Made by a program: the position numbers and the translations under genes. The notes under the pieces are model-generated. The model was not told where the DNA came from, made no database searches, and saw only the letters and a program-made list of their open reading frames with translations. A stretch of 64,000 nucleotides of DNA from Alphaproteobacteria bacterium (GTDB taxonomy: Bacteria > Pseudomonadota > Alphaproteobacteria > Bin95). This document shows, piece after piece, positions 31,081 through 42,105 of this stretch (the first letter of the stretch is position 1; each line of letters opens with the position of its first letter). The stretch is from NCBI GenBank assembly GCA_965660545.1, contig CBFIAF010000004.1, forward strand, positions 76,655 to 140,654, written 5' to 3'.

Positions 31081-31343
31081 CATAGAGTCTGCCGCGCGAC
31101 CGGATTTTCGCCAAAAACCTCGAAGATATCTTGTTCGGCCAAGATTGGGATGACGTCATCCTAGGGGGTGACGGAAATGACATGATCACCGGCGGCGCTG
31201 GCCTAGACCGCATACGGGGCGACGAAGGAACTGATACCTTCATCTTCGAACGTGATTTCGAGATAGATATAATCTATGACTTCGAAAACAGCACAGACAA
31301 ACAAGATGTATCGGACTTCGGTTTCCGCGACTTCGTCGTTTAA
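31081..31343 (+). pseudogene. Orphan C-terminal fragment of an RTX (hemolysin-type calcium-binding repeat) protein
   Basis: The open frame reads ...ILGGDGNDMITGGAGLDRIRGDEGTDTFIF..., classic GGxGxDxUx nonapeptide repeats. There is no upstream start, signal or remaining protein; it is flanked by other decayed ORFs. Confidence 0.6.
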
Positions 31344-31361
31344 GCGACGCTAACGTTGCTT

Positions 31362-32468
31362 TTAGCTAAACCGATCAATTCGCAATGCCTCAATAGGGTA
31401 TTTTGTCGCCTGATGGGTCACCAAATCAGCAACAATCTCGCCAACCGCTGGGCCAAGTTGAAAGCCGTGGGCTGAGTAGCCGAATGAATGCACCACGCCG
31501 GGTGCAGCACCGGGGCTAATCACCGGAATATTATCTGGCATATAGCCTTCGATCCCGGCCCAACGGCGCTCGACTTTAGCGCTCTCCAGAATCGGGAACA
31601 GTCGGCGCGCGGTCGCGAGGCTTCGGGCGAGGCCATCTTCTTCCAACGCCAGATCGTTTTGGTCTAGCAGGACACGCCCCAAGCGCCCACCACCAATCAT
31701 AACGGCGCCATCCTCCATCTGCTTGAGGGATAAGGCATCACCAAGTGCGCCGAAAACAGCGTTTGCAAAGGCTGGCAACGGCTTCGTCAATTGCATCATG
31801 GGCGCGCGTGGGTCCACAGGGGCTTTTTCCCCTAGCATGTTAGCAACTTTACCGCCCCAGGCACCTGCGGCATTGACTAGCGCGCCGCCAGTGAAGGCAC
31901 CGGCGTTGGTCAGAACGCGCCAGCTCTCACCTTCTCGCCTGATTGATATGGCAGCCGCACCTTCGACAACCAACGTGCCAAGCGCTTCCGCCCGCCGCCT
32001 AAATGCCTGTGTGGTGCGCCTCGGGTCCGCAGCGCCGTCTCCATCCACATGCAGGGCGCCGATGCATTGTGATGCAACATTAGTTTCGAAGCTGCGGAGA
32101 GTGGGTTCATCAATCACCTCTTCATGGGTAAAACCATTGGCTTGCATCTGGGCGACGCGAGCTTCGGCGCGTGCCATATCTGCGTCGTTTTCAGCAAGCT
32201 GGAGATACCGGCTTTCACGATAGCCGCAATCATCATCCACCAACGCTTTGATATCATGCCAATATTCAGCCGCACGGATCGCAATAGGAACTTCCGCCAA
32301 GTCACGACCAAGCCGCCTGACGCCGCCCGCACTCATGCCCGAGGCATGGCGTGCGACGTGGTCTTTCTCCAGCACTGTGACCGAAAGCCCACGCATCGCC
32401 ATATGTAGCGCCGCAGAGCAGCCATGTAGACCGCCACCGATAATCACAACGTCAGAAGTCTTGCTCAT
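31362..32468 (-). CDS. FAD-dependent oxidoreductase (DAO/glycine-oxidase family)
   Basis: N-terminal dinucleotide motif VVIIGGGLHGCSAALHMAMRGLSVTVLEKD. 368 aa. Confidence 0.8.
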   Translation of the reverse strand: MSKTSDVVIIGGGLHGCSAALHMAMRGLSVTVLEKDHVARHASGMSAGGVRRLGRDLAEVPIAIRAAEYWHDIKALVDDDCGYRESRYLQLAENDADMARAEARVAQMQANGFTHEEVIDEPTLRSFETNVASQCIGALHVDGDGAADPRRTTQAFRRRAEALGTLVVEGAAAISIRREGESWRVLTNAGAFTGGALVNAAGAWGGKVANMLGEKAPVDPRAPMMQLTKPLPAFANAVFGALGDALSLKQMEDGAVMIGGGRLGRVLLDQNDLALEEDGLARSLATARRLFPILESAKVERRWAGIEGYMPDNIPVISPGAAPGVVHSFGYSAHGFQLGPAVGEIVADLVTHQATKYPIEALRIDRFS

Positions 32469-32539
32469 TGGAATCCCGCAATATTATAGGGAGCAAAGTC
32501 GGAGAAAGGTGGGAGAAATGTCTTTTGCTGCGGATCGCG

Positions 32540-33610
32540 TCAGGCGACAGCGAACGCAGGCAGGACATCGGTTCCGAACCGTTCCATCGCCGAAACTGTC
32601 TGACCCTGCGCCATATCACCGAATGTGGTTTGCAGAACCACATGGCCAACACCTGCATCCCGCAATTCCTCGATCTGCCCCTTCACGCGCTGTGGCCCTC
32701 CGCAAATAGAGCCGGACTGCACAGCATCTGTGATGGCACTTTCTTCATCCGCACTGGGATCAACCCACGGCGAAAGCATGGCAGGATCAACCACGAAGTC
32801 AGACGGGTTCAGTTCCTGGCGAATGTGGATCATATGACGACGCCCGTGGCGAAGCGCATCTGCTAATTCATCCTCTGCCTGGGCATCGCTTTCCGCGACA
32901 TAAAGGTTGCGCCAAATGCCCGACTGCTGCATCAATGCAGACTGCTTTTCAGCGCCAATGCCGCCCGCATCCATACCTTCCCGATACAAATCCCACCGTT
33001 CCCGGATACGGGAGACGGGCAGGCGTGCGGTTAGGATAGGCAGGCCCAGGCGTCCGGCGTCACTAAATGAAGGCGGGGAAATTACGCTCCGCCAAATTGG
33101 CGGGCCGGGAATCTGCACGGGCTTTGGGCGAAGCGCTGGGACGGACAGATCATAATAGTCGCCCTTAAAGCTGAATGGCTTACCAGCAAAACAGCGCTCA
33201 AGGATCGTCTGCACTTCCACCGCCCGCTCCCGGCTGTCATCACTGCGCAGGCCGTGGCCGACAAATTCGTACTCGTTGAATACGGTGCCTTTTCCAACAC
33301 CGACATCAATCCGCCCGTTGCTCAAGTTATCCAAAAGGGCCAACTGCGTCGCCAAGCGCACGGGATGGTGAAACGGTAATTGCACCACGGCGAACCCAAT
33401 CCGCAGTTTGGATGTTTGCATGGCGACAGCGGCAGCAAAGGTCAATGCATCATTGTAGACGCTCTCACCGGTGAAATAATGCTCTGTCAGCCAAACGCCA
33501 TCGAACCCAAGTTGTTCAGCCAGCCGCGCCAGTTCCAGCTGATCTTGGATCGCCTGCCAATCCGATTCCGGCCCAGGCGACGCCGCGAGAGTCAAATAAC
33601 TGAACCGCAT
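32540..33610 (-). CDS. LLM class flavin-dependent oxidoreductase (luciferase-like monooxygenase)
   Basis: MRFSYLTLA...GFDGVWLTEHYF is the LLM TIM-barrel signature. AGGGAG RBS before the ATG at 33610. Confidence 0.8.
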   Translation of the reverse strand: MRFSYLTLAASPGPESDWQAIQDQLELARLAEQLGFDGVWLTEHYFTGESVYNDALTFAAAVAMQTSKLRIGFAVVQLPFHHPVRLATQLALLDNLSNGRIDVGVGKGTVFNEYEFVGHGLRSDDSRERAVEVQTILERCFAGKPFSFKGDYYDLSVPALRPKPVQIPGPPIWRSVISPPSFSDAGRLGLPILTARLPVSRIRERWDLYREGMDAGGIGAEKQSALMQQSGIWRNLYVAESDAQAEDELADALRHGRRHMIHIRQELNPSDFVVDPAMLSPWVDPSADEESAITDAVQSGSICGGPQRVKGQIEELRDAGVGHVVLQTTFGDMAQGQTVSAMERFGTDVLPAFAVA

Positions 33611-33720
33611 TCCTATCTCCCTTATAGAATCGCACCACCTTGGAATAGCAGCGGGCGACAGTCGATGATAACCCACACTAAACCACTTTCCACATTTGCC
33701 CTACGAACTCTATGGCAGCA

Positions 33721-35286
33721 TCAACCGAAGCCTAGAACCTCGCGTCTGTTTTTGACGAAAATCAGCGGAATAAACGGAATAAGCGCTGTCAACCCGATGA
33801 ACAAAAAGCCATCCTGAAACCCTAAAGCATTTGCTTGCGCGATAATCATCGTTTTTAAGTGGTATATCGCCATTGCGTCGCGCTCAAATACGGAAGCGCC
33901 CGCTTCCGACAACATACTGCCGACGCCACGAAGAAGTTCTACTGCGGCCTCATTCGCGAAATTCTGGGTGGCACCAAGATTGCTCGCATGGAACTGGATG
34001 CGCTGTTCCAACAGCACAACATAGCAGCCAATACCATTGGCACCGCCGAATACAGCCGCAAAATTCGTGAGGCCTGCGCCGTGCGGCATTTGCAATGGCT
34101 GCAGCCCCAGAAGCGGCGTCGTCATCATTGGCGGGGTCACGATCGCGGAGCCAATGCGGCTGATGACCAGCATGAATGCGATGTACCAGAAGATCGTATT
34201 TGTATCAGCAGAAGCTAAAGCAAAGCTGCTGATCGCCGTTACGAGAAGCCCAACAGTCAACAACGTCCTGGCAGGCAGAATATCGCTCAATCGACCCGTA
34301 TATGGCATGAGAGCGCCTGCGATAATGCTACCCGGTAGCAAGAGCGCGCCAGCATTGATCGGGGGGAGGTTCTGAACCACTTGGCCAAAAACCGGGAACG
34401 CATAAATGAGCGCAAGTGTGGCAAAGCCATAGAAGAATATGAAGACAAAGCCTGCTGCATAGGTGCGGTTTTTAAACAGGCTAAGGTCAATCAGTGTCGC
34501 GCCAGCCCGACGTTGCGACCAGACAAATAGCGCAAGTGCCGTGAGCACACCCACAAGCAACATCAGGATCCGACCCGAAGACCACCCCCAGCGCTGACCA
34601 TTCCCCAATATCGTAAACCAGCAGAATACGATTGCGACAACCAACGCGAAGCCAAGCCAATCAAACCGGGGCGGACTAACTTGGCGCGTCAATACCGGCA
34701 AAAAGAAAAACCCCAACCCAGCCGCCAGCATCGTGAACGGGATGGGTGCGAGGAAGATCAGCCGCCATTGGAACGTCTCAATGATGAGCCCGCCGACGGC
34801 GGGCCCTATCCCCACAGCCGCTGTAACGCCCATAGAAAACATCCCCATAGCCAATCCGCGCTTTTGTGGCGGAAACACCTGCACGAGGACCATCATGACC
34901 AGCGGCTGTAGCAGCCCCGCCGCCATGCCTTGAACAACCCGGCCAAGTACTAAGAATTCGAAGGTAGGGGCAATAAAGCAGAATAAGCCGGCACAGCCGA
35001 AGGTCGCCAATGCGCCCAGAAACACTTCCCGCTGGCCAAAGCGGGCAACCATCCAGGAGCTTGCCAACAAGCCCGTGCTGTTCATCGCCAAGAAAGCAGA
35101 CAACAAAAGCTGCGCCTGGCTCTGCCCAACCCCAAACGACCCCATCACAGATGGCACAGCGACATTCACCATGCTGGCGGTGAAAAGCCCTGTGAAGAAA
35201 GCCGTAAGACCAGCCAACGTCGCCAGCCATGTTTCCAGCGGCGTGAAAGTTCGTGGTGCTTGATATGCGGATGCAGCGGCGTTCAT
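33721..35286 (-). CDS. MFS transporter, DHA2 (EmrB/QacA, 14-TMS) family
   Basis: Roughly 520 aa with 14 predicted hydrophobic helices and MFS motifs. The start is set at the ATG at 35286 (AAGGG RBS) rather than the ORF start at 35328. Confidence 0.8.
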   Translation of the reverse strand: MNAAASAYQAPRTFTPLETWLATLAGLTAFFTGLFTASMVNVAVPSVMGSFGVGQSQAQLLLSAFLAMNSTGLLASSWMVARFGQREVFLGALATFGCAGLFCFIAPTFEFLVLGRVVQGMAAGLLQPLVMMVLVQVFPPQKRGLAMGMFSMGVTAAVGIGPAVGGLIIETFQWRLIFLAPIPFTMLAAGLGFFFLPVLTRQVSPPRFDWLGFALVVAIVFCWFTILGNGQRWGWSSGRILMLLVGVLTALALFVWSQRRAGATLIDLSLFKNRTYAAGFVFIFFYGFATLALIYAFPVFGQVVQNLPPINAGALLLPGSIIAGALMPYTGRLSDILPARTLLTVGLLVTAISSFALASADTNTIFWYIAFMLVISRIGSAIVTPPMMTTPLLGLQPLQMPHGAGLTNFAAVFGGANGIGCYVVLLEQRIQFHASNLGATQNFANEAAVELLRGVGSMLSEAGASVFERDAMAIYHLKTMIIAQANALGFQDGFLFIGLTALIPFIPLIFVKNRREVLGFG

Positions 35287-35390
35287 AAATGCCCTTAGGA
35301 GACTAAAAATATCCGGAAGGTGCCCCATCGAGGCTCGATGATGGTGCGTGAACCTAGCGCCTGGACCAATGTTCGTCGATGCAGGCGCGC

Positions 35391-36730
35391 TTACCCAATC
35401 TGCCGCCGTTCTTTGCGATCTAAAAGGCGGTAGTAGTTGCCAATGATCGGCAAGAACCAGGGATTACCTGAGTAAAAAGGTACCAGGGCTTTGGGGAATT
35501 CCACACCGACATAAGCACTGTCAGATTGGCCATCCTGCAGAATTCGCTGTGCCACCTGATTGCCGAGATAGGTCATCATTGCAACACCGCTGCCATTAGA
35601 TCCCGTGCAGAAATGCAGCCCGTCTTCCTGGCCCATATACGGAATGGAATCCGTCGTCATCGGAACCAGGCCAGACCAGGAATGGGTAATGCGGACACCC
35701 TTCAGCTGTGGCCAACGGTCAATCATCTTGCGGTGGAGAATAGCGGCGCTGACATCTGCCGGGACAGATTCAAAACGGGCCCGGCAGATGTCAGCGCCGG
35801 TCACCTGGCAGAAGCCGGTAATAATTGGTGATCCGGGCACTTTCAGAAATCGTGCGGCCATTGGGGATCAGTTCTAATGCCAAGTCTTCAGGTAATTCTT
35901 CCGTGGTGATGATCTGGCTGGAGATCGGCACGATCTGCTTTCGCAGATTGGGCGATAAGGCACGGGTATAGCCACTGGTCGCGACAATCACCTGTTCCGC
36001 CTGGCAATCACCCTTTGTTGTCTTCATAACGAAATTACCCAGCGCCCCATCAATTTTCTCGACCTTAGTGCGTGCGCATAGCGTGACGCCGATCCGATGA
36101 CAGGCATCCAGCAAGCCTTTGTGGAACAGCGATGGGTGCAGCTTGGCGGCATGCTCAATCACAATACCGCCGTGGTAATAATCACTGCCGATTTCGCTGC
36201 GTTGCTCATCCTTCGCTAGCAGTCGGGCACCGATCTGAAGGACGCGGTTCAGGTCATCGACCTTTTTTCCGAAACCCAGCAAAATGCGCAGGCGTGTTTG
36301 CGCTAATGAAGCGACCGCGACGTTCGAAATGGCACTCAAGGTCTTCCCGTTCGACCAGCGAGTGGACGAATTCGTATGCCGCGAGGCTTTCGCTCATCAA
36401 ACGTTCAATTAGCTGCTTGTGCGCGCCGGAATGCTTGGCTTGCCCCGGACCACCTGCAATGCCCTTGCCGATGTTCACCCCAGCACTGACACCGCCGCCG
36501 CTGCGCGTGCTGGCCCCTTCCCCGAACGCAAGCGCATCAACGACCGTGACGGAGCGTCCGCCCCGCGCCAGTTCCAGTGCGGCGGATAATCCTGAATATC
36601 CGCTGCCGACGATGAAGACCTCGGTCTTGTTTGGCAGATCGCTGGAATATTCTGTAACGGGGCGTGCTGCTTCCCACCAGACGGGCTCAGCCTTGTAGTC
36701 CGGATGGAATAGCGCACGATCGATCTTCAT
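35391..36730 (-). pseudogene. FAD-dependent oxidoreductase (PuuB/DadA-like) disrupted by two frameshifts
   Basis: Three consecutive minus-strand ORFs in different frames (36254-36730 N-terminal with GSGYSGLSAALELA FAD motif; 35791-36339 middle; 35391-35861 C-terminal). Together they reconstruct a roughly 430 aa FAD oxidoreductase. Confidence 0.7.
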
Positions 36731-36893
36731 TGGATCTCTGCCCCCTATTCTTTTTAATGCGACATCTTAGAGGAGACTATCGCAAGGTGGGAAGGCTGGA
36801 CTTCCCCAGCATTCTAAGATGCGCTTGCTCCCAGGAAAGGCAGCCAAACGTCTTCCCGGCGATAATGCTGTGATAGAGCAACGGCCAAATCCA

Positions 36894-38218
36894 TCAAATC
36901 CTGCTCCCGCCCCAGTGCGCGACAGCGTGAATGCCAACGGGAAGGCCCTCTTCCGTTAACCCAAGGGGTATTGAAATCGCCGGGTGGCCCGTGAGGTTAA
37001 ACGGTGTGGGATAGGTGAACCACCCAGATCGCAGGTCGCCCACAGGCTGGCCATCAACATGACTTTCACCGATAGGGTTTGCATTCGTCTTCGGCGGCAG
37101 TCCGCTAAGGGTTGGGCTGATCAGCAAGTAATGCTGCGTCAGCAGGTCTTCGACTTGGCGGAAAAGTTGGCTGCGCAGAATATGTGCCGTTTTCATTGCC
37201 TCCGCCGCCATCTTCTCCCCTTCAATGATGGACGCCTGCATTGAAGGCCCCATGCGCTTGCAGCCCGCAGCACTAAATCGCGCCATACGAGCCGACAACA
37301 GGCCTCGCATAATCGTTCTGGAGGCATCCATCCCCCAATCTACATTACCCGTATGCGCATCAACGCCAAGGGCCAAGGCTTCCAGGAGTATTGAGCGCAC
37401 GGTCGCAAAATTCTGCCGTTTGGCGCGCTAGATGCGGGTTCCCAATGCGGTCAACGTACGGCGCGCGCTCAGGCTTCAGATCAACGTCCTGAGTATTCGG
37501 AACCGTCACTGCGAGCCAGCCCCGGCCAACGGACCAGGGGTCGCCGGAATGCGGACCAGACATCGCATTTAACATCAGCACTAGATCGCCAATAGTGCGG
37601 GTCATCGCCCCCATATGGGTGAAGTTTCCGAACAGGTCAGGCGCTAATCCATCGGGAATGCGGCCCAGTGTGGGCTTCAGGCCAAACAAGCCGCAGCAAC
37701 TGGCTAGAATACGCGCGGACCCAGCGCCATCGGTCGCCAAGCTCAACGGCTCAAAGCCAGAAGCCACCGCCGGACCAGCCAGATGAATATTCCGCATCTC
37801 GGGGGTTACGCGTAACGCCGTAACGAATACTCTCCGTCAATACAGACCCAGCAAATTTAGGCGTCGTTGTCTTGCCAAGAAGGATCGCACCCACATCCCG
37901 TGACGGCACATTCTACTGCATCAGTTAAGACCCAAACGCTGTCTCAACCCTTGCCGTGTCGATCAGGTCTTTGACGGTGAATGGCACACCATGCAGAGGG
38001 CCAATTTCGCCCCCAGACCGCAACAGCCGGTCCGCAGCATCAGCCGCAGCCAGCGCGCCATCAAGATCAACCAATGCGAACGCGTTCAGCGGCTCATTAA
38101 ACAGATCAATCTGCCCAAGCGTGGCCTCAAAGACCTCCCGGCAAGAAACCTGGCGCCCCCGAATAAGGCGCAACAATGCCTTGGCGCTCAAAAGCGTTAG
38201 TTCAGTTCGAGCCAGCAT
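36894..38218 (-). pseudogene. Amidase (amidase-signature family, GatA-like) disrupted by frameshifts/deletion
   Basis: N-terminal piece 37925-38218, AS-signature piece 37360-37797 (GSARILASCCGLFGLKPTLGRIP) and C-terminal piece 36894-37400 lie in different frames, with an unexplained gap at 37798-37924. Confidence 0.7.
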
Positions 38219-38531
38219 CCCTGTGCGCCCGCTAAGAGGGTCAATCTCAACCCTCTTAGCGGGCGCTAGCGAATAGTACCAAATAGAGAAAATCTAATGA
38301 TGCACCCCAAGAATTTAAGTGCGGTGCGAAGGGCCTGCCCTAGAACTGGTTAGCACCATCATCCAGACGTGTTGCTCTTGCAATTTTTGCTAAGACTCCC
38401 GATATCCAAGTTACAATCGATCACTCATGGAATTCGCTGTCCGTCTCTCGAGGCTGTCGGTCTTTCTGATCTGACCGAGACGTTACGGCCGCAGCATTCC
38501 GCATGCGGCATCGAATGAAGGATAAACGGAC

Positions 38532-38738
38532 ATGGCCACAGGCACCGTGAAATGGTTTAACGCAACAAAAGGCTACGGCTTCATTGAGCCAGAAAATGGC
38601 GACAAGGATGTGTTCTTACACATCTCCGCTATTGAGCGCGCTGGTCTGAACAGCCCGACTGAGGGCCAGAAGCTCCAGTATGAACTAGAAACTGGCCGCG
38701 ACGGCAAAACTTCTGCCGGCGACGTCAGCTACCTCTAA
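38532..38738 (+). CDS. cspA: Cold-shock protein (CspA family)
   Basis: 68 aa with RNP1/RNP2 motifs (KWFNATKGYGFI ... VFLHISAI). Long 5' UTR with a CCGCATGCGG palindrome. Confidence 0.9.
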   Translation: MATGTVKWFNATKGYGFIEPENGDKDVFLHISAIERAGLNSPTEGQKLQYELETGRDGKTSAGDVSYL

Positions 38739-38766
38739 GCAACTGACAATCGAGCCGGAAGACTTG

Positions 38767-38785
38767 AACCCCGCGGGGTTTTGCT
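38767..38785 (+). terminator. Rho-independent terminator of cspA
   Basis: Perfect GC palindrome CCCCGCGGGG followed by TTTTG, 30 nt after the cspA stop. Confidence 0.6.
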
Positions 38786-38981
38786 TTGTCCATGCAATTA
38801 AGTGCGCAGTCAGCCGATCGTTGCTGATGGCTAGCCAGCCAACTGAAATCTTTAGTGGCCATTACCGTTGACTGCAGAGGCATCGCGTCTTCAAACACTC
38901 TCTCGGCGTTTCCTTACGCGACGGCCTGCGGATCAAATGATATATTGAGCTTCTTTCCGCCTTCTCCTTTGGAAAAGACGT

Positions 38982-39056
38982 TGGTGGCGGGGGAGGGATT
39001 TGAACCCCCGACCAAGAGATTATGATTCTCCTGCTCTACCGCTGAGCTACCCCGCC
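38982..39056 (-). tRNA. tRNA-Met (anticodon CAT), elongator-type or tRNA-Ile2 precursor
   Basis: Reverse complement GGCGGGGTAGCTCAGCGGTAGAGCAGGAGAATCATAATCTCTTGGTCGGGGGTTCAAATCCCTCCCCCGCCACCA folds as a cloverleaf with a G1-C72 pair, anticodon loop AUCAUAA and encoded CCA. Confidence 0.85.
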
Positions 39057-39098
39057 TTTCCTTCGGCGGCATCATTCGCAACAACCGAAGAAAGGCCG

Positions 39099-40325
39099 CT
39101 ATATGGCGGGCGTAGTTTCTGCTGTCAAGATGGTATTGTTGCCTGCATCATCAAGCGGATGCGCTGCAGTGGGTGCAGCCTTAATCCATCCGCCACCTAA
39201 AACACGCGAGCCATCATAAAAAACACAAGCCTGGCCAGGGGATACACCGAATTGCGGCGTATATAAGCGGACTGTGACGGCAGTCTCTAAGCCTGAATCG
39301 TCCACCTGCAATACTGCCGGAACAAGCTTAGCCGCCGAGCGCAATTTCACTTGGACCCGAGCACCATCCAGCGACCACTCACCCAGCCAGTTCACTTCAC
39401 GCAGATGCGCCTCCGCGCAGGCGAGCGCGTCGCGGGGACCGACAATGACGCGCTTGGCCGCAGGATCTAGCCGCAGCACGTAATATGGGTCGGCATGGCC
39501 ACCGATATTCAGGCCCTTGCGCTGCCCAACCGTGAAACCAATTACACCATCATGCTGACCCAGCACTTGACCACTTAGATCAACAATCTCACCAGGCTCA
39601 ATCGCGCCGGGGCGGAGCTTGGCGACGACATCCTGGTAGCGACCGTTTGGTACAAAACAGATGTCCTGGCTGTCAGGCTTCTCCGCGATGGCAAGGCCGA
39701 ACCGGTGGGCGTGTGCCCGCGTTTCATGCTTGCTCATTCCGCCAAGCGGAAAGCGCAGAAAATCGAGCTGCTGGCGGTTGGTTGAAAACAGAAAGTAGCT
39801 TTGATCCTTATCCGGATCCACCCCGCAGAGCAGTTCAGGGCCTTCTGGACCACCCTGCCGCTGCACATAGTGACCGGTCGCCAATGCTGCAGCGCCCAAA
39901 TCCTTGGCTGTATCCAGCAGGTCCCGGAATTTTACGCGCTCATTACAGCGAACGCAGGGGATCGGCGTTTCGCCCTGCAAATAGCTATCCACGAACTCAT
40001 CCATAACTGACTGGCGGAACTTACTTTCGTAATCCAGGACGTAGTGGGGGAAGCCGATCCGGTCCGCCACTGTGCGGGCATCATAAATATCCTGGCCAGC
40101 GCAGCAGGTGCGCCCCGTGGGCACAGCATCACCATGATCATAGAGCTGTAAGGTAACGCCCACCACGTCATACCCGGCCTCATGCAGTAGTGCCGCAACG
40201 ACGGAGCTATCCACGCCGCCAGACATAGCAACAACAACCCTTGTCGACGCTGTTGGCCCTGGCAGGCCAAGGTCGATGTTAGGTGGGGCGATTTGAGGCT
40301 CAGTCACTGATGCTTCTTCACTCAT
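39099..40325 (-). CDS. mnmA: tRNA 2-thiouridine(34) synthase MnmA
   Basis: PP-loop motif [13 protein letters not shown] and MnmA-wide similarity. The start is set at the ATG at 40325 (alphaproteobacterial-type N-terminal extension), which avoids overlap with the downstream gene; the ORF itself extends to 40427. Confidence 0.8.
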   Translation of the reverse strand: MSEEASVTEPQIAPPNIDLGLPGPTASTRVVVAMSGGVDSSVVAALLHEAGYDVVGVTLQLYDHGDAVPTGRTCCAGQDIYDARTVADRIGFPHYVLDYESKFRQSVMDEFVDSYLQGETPIPCVRCNERVKFRDLLDTAKDLGAAALATGHYVQRQGGPEGPELLCGVDPDKDQSYFLFSTNRQQLDFLRFPLGGMSKHETRAHAHRFGLAIAEKPDSQDICFVPNGRYQDVVAKLRPGAIEPGEIVDLSGQVLGQHDGVIGFTVGQRKGLNIGGHADPYYVLRLDPAAKRVIVGPRDALACAEAHLREVNWLGEWSLDGARVQVKLRSAAKLVPAVLQVDDSGLETAVTVRLYTPQFGVSPGQACVFYDGSRVLGGGWIKAAPTAAHPLDDAGNNTILTAETTPAI

Positions 40326-40374
40326 GCAGCGGGAGATAAGCCCCCCTGGCGGCTTGTGCAAGCACCATTTGGTA

Positions 40375-41040
40375 TTAGAGCTTAAACCCTGGCCCATCAA
40401 AACGCCCGACAGTGGCGATTTGATCAACCGGATTGCGACGAAGCTTGGTTAGCATTTTTACCGGCTTGCCCATCGGCACGACAGCGGCGACAGCATAATT
40501 ACTCGGCGCGCCGAGCAGCTTCTGCACCTCTGGCTCCATAGCCGCAGCGAGCGTTGTGATCGTGCCGCCAAAGCCCGCCTGCCGCGCGCAAAGCAGTACA
40601 TTCCAAACGAACGGATAAATCGACCCACCGCTAATTACGCCAACCCGGTCAAGGAACTGGTCCATTGAGGCAACAACAGAAAGGTCCACCATAAACACCA
40701 GCACAACATCCGCCTTACGGAATGAATCCGTCAAATGGGTTGCTGGCTCTGTCGCTGCGATCTTAGCATCGGAAACTTTTGTTGGGTTAATGGTATTCCA
40801 GGGGCTTTCGCCATTCTTGACCTGGGCCGTGTAGCGTTTCGCCGCTGGGGCAGCCAGTTGGGCGAGTGCCTCACGAGTTTCAGCATCCCGCACGATGACG
40901 ACACGATTTCCTTGACGATTGCCGCCGGACGGCGCGAACCGGGCGTTATCCAGAATATCGAACAGCACAACATCGGGGAGCGATTCGCCCGTGAATTCGC
41001 GCGCCGAAAAGGTCATGCGCATTACATCATTCAGTTCCAT
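40375..41040 (-). CDS. Nitroreductase family protein
   Basis: NAD(P)H nitroreductase fold motifs ([19 protein letters not shown]). AAGGGG RBS before the ATG at 41040. Confidence 0.7.
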   Translation of the reverse strand: MELNDVMRMTFSAREFTGESLPDVVLFDILDNARFAPSGGNRQGNRVVIVRDAETREALAQLAAPAAKRYTAQVKNGESPWNTINPTKVSDAKIAATEPATHLTDSFRKADVVLVFMVDLSVVASMDQFLDRVGVISGGSIYPFVWNVLLCARQAGFGGTITTLAAAMEPEVQKLLGAPSNYAVAAVVPMGKPVKMLTKLRRNPVDQIATVGRFDGPGFKL

Positions 41041-41053
41041 GGCGATTGCCCCC

Positions 41054-41782
41054 TTAAGGATATTTGCAGCGGTCCGCCGACACGACAATAAAACCGCGCC
41101 GACCTGTTACGATATTAAAGCGGAATTCCGTTGCTCCCATGACAACCCCATGTGACAATGGCAGCAGACCTTTGGCTTCACTGGTCTTACCGCCGACACG
41201 TGTGAACTTGATTGTGACTGGTTTTGCCGGATCAAACCAACCTTGTGGCCGACCGTCGCCGCCCAGCGCGGCCTTGCCTGTCCCGGTGACGACGATTGCG
41301 GACTTCGCGAACCCAATCCAGTTGTTCTTGCCCCGCTTGCCCTGCGTGCGGAGAATGAAGCGCTTGGTGATGGGGCGATTCTGACACTCATTCGCTGCCT
41401 TCGCCTCACGGATAACGAATGAGAGGCGTTTCGGCGGGACGCCGTTGTCCAGTTGCGATTGCAGCTGGCGAAACAATTCCTTCGCGTCCCCCGTCGGCAC
41501 ATCCTGCTCGTAACGGGCATTCCATTCAGCAACCTGAGTCTTAGAGCCACGAAGTTGGACGTTCAGGTTCTGATTCTCTGCGTCCAGGCTATTGAATTGG
41601 CCCTGTATCTCAGCCAGCTGCTCGCGCAGACTGCGCACTTCACGTTGTGCAAACGCAGTTCCTGTTTCATAGGCAAAGAAGCCTAGCAGCACCAGCGCGG
41701 TCAACGCGGCCGCAAACTTAACTAGCATCATCCGCCGTTTGCGCGTTTGGCGGCGGCGGCCTTCTCTTAATCCAACGGCCAT
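41054..41782 (-). CDS. Hypothetical membrane-anchored coiled-coil protein
   Basis: Basic N-terminus, one TM helix (LVKFAAALTALVLLGFFAY), then a long predicted coiled coil (REVRSLREQLAEIQGQFNSLDAENQNLNVQLRG...) and a C-terminal beta-rich domain. No recognisable family. Divergent from the cytochrome operon. Confidence 0.45.
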   Translation of the reverse strand: MAVGLREGRRRQTRKRRMMLVKFAAALTALVLLGFFAYETGTAFAQREVRSLREQLAEIQGQFNSLDAENQNLNVQLRGSKTQVAEWNARYEQDVPTGDAKELFRQLQSQLDNGVPPKRLSFVIREAKAANECQNRPITKRFILRTQGKRGKNNWIGFAKSAIVVTGTGKAALGGDGRPQGWFDPAKPVTIKFTRVGGKTSEAKGLLPLSHGVVMGATEFRFNIVTGRRGFIVVSADRCKYP

Positions 41783-41862
41783 ACAGTAATTGCTTTCTCA
41801 GCTAAGTTTTTGCGTCCAGCCATCGAACGACCGCCAGATCGCAACGCTTTTCCTGAAGTTCT

Positions 41863-42105
41863 ATGCCGCATCTTTCCTCCACGCAAGAAATTGGGAGATC
41901 ATCCATGCAGCAAGCCGGTGAAGCCCTTTCGGGAAGTGACCAACGCCGATGTGAGCGTTATCCTTGCCCCGATTATGCCGAAGCGTTCTTCGCCAGCCAT
42001 TGGCGTACTTGTGGTGTCGCCGATATTTCAGCAGGCGGTACCTTGCTCGAAACCACGAACCGCCTGATGTGGGTTATATTATCACGCTTTTCGTCTAATA
42101 TGTGA
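41863..42105 (+). CDS. PilZ-signature small ORF (possibly truncated/frameshifted c-di-GMP receptor)
   Basis: Contains RxxxR (RRCER) and, 23 residues later, an exact DxSxxG (DISAGG), the diagnostic c-di-GMP-binding motifs of PilZ domains. The ORF ends only 21 residues later; a +1 frame continues to about 42288 with plausible PilZ C-terminal strands. Confidence 0.45.
   Translation: MPHLSSTQEIGRSSMQQAGEALSGSDQRRCERYPCPDYAEAFFASHWRTCGVADISAGGTLLETTNRLMWVILSRFSSNM

Noticed and set aside
38982-39056. Integrase or genomic island at tRNA-Met
   Set aside because: No integrase, direct repeat of the tRNA 3' end or foreign-looking genes nearby. The neighbours are cspA and mnmA.
39000-39200. 66-aa ORF overlapping tRNA-Met
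   Set aside because: It overlaps the tRNA gene and the 3' end of mnmA, and has no supporting features.
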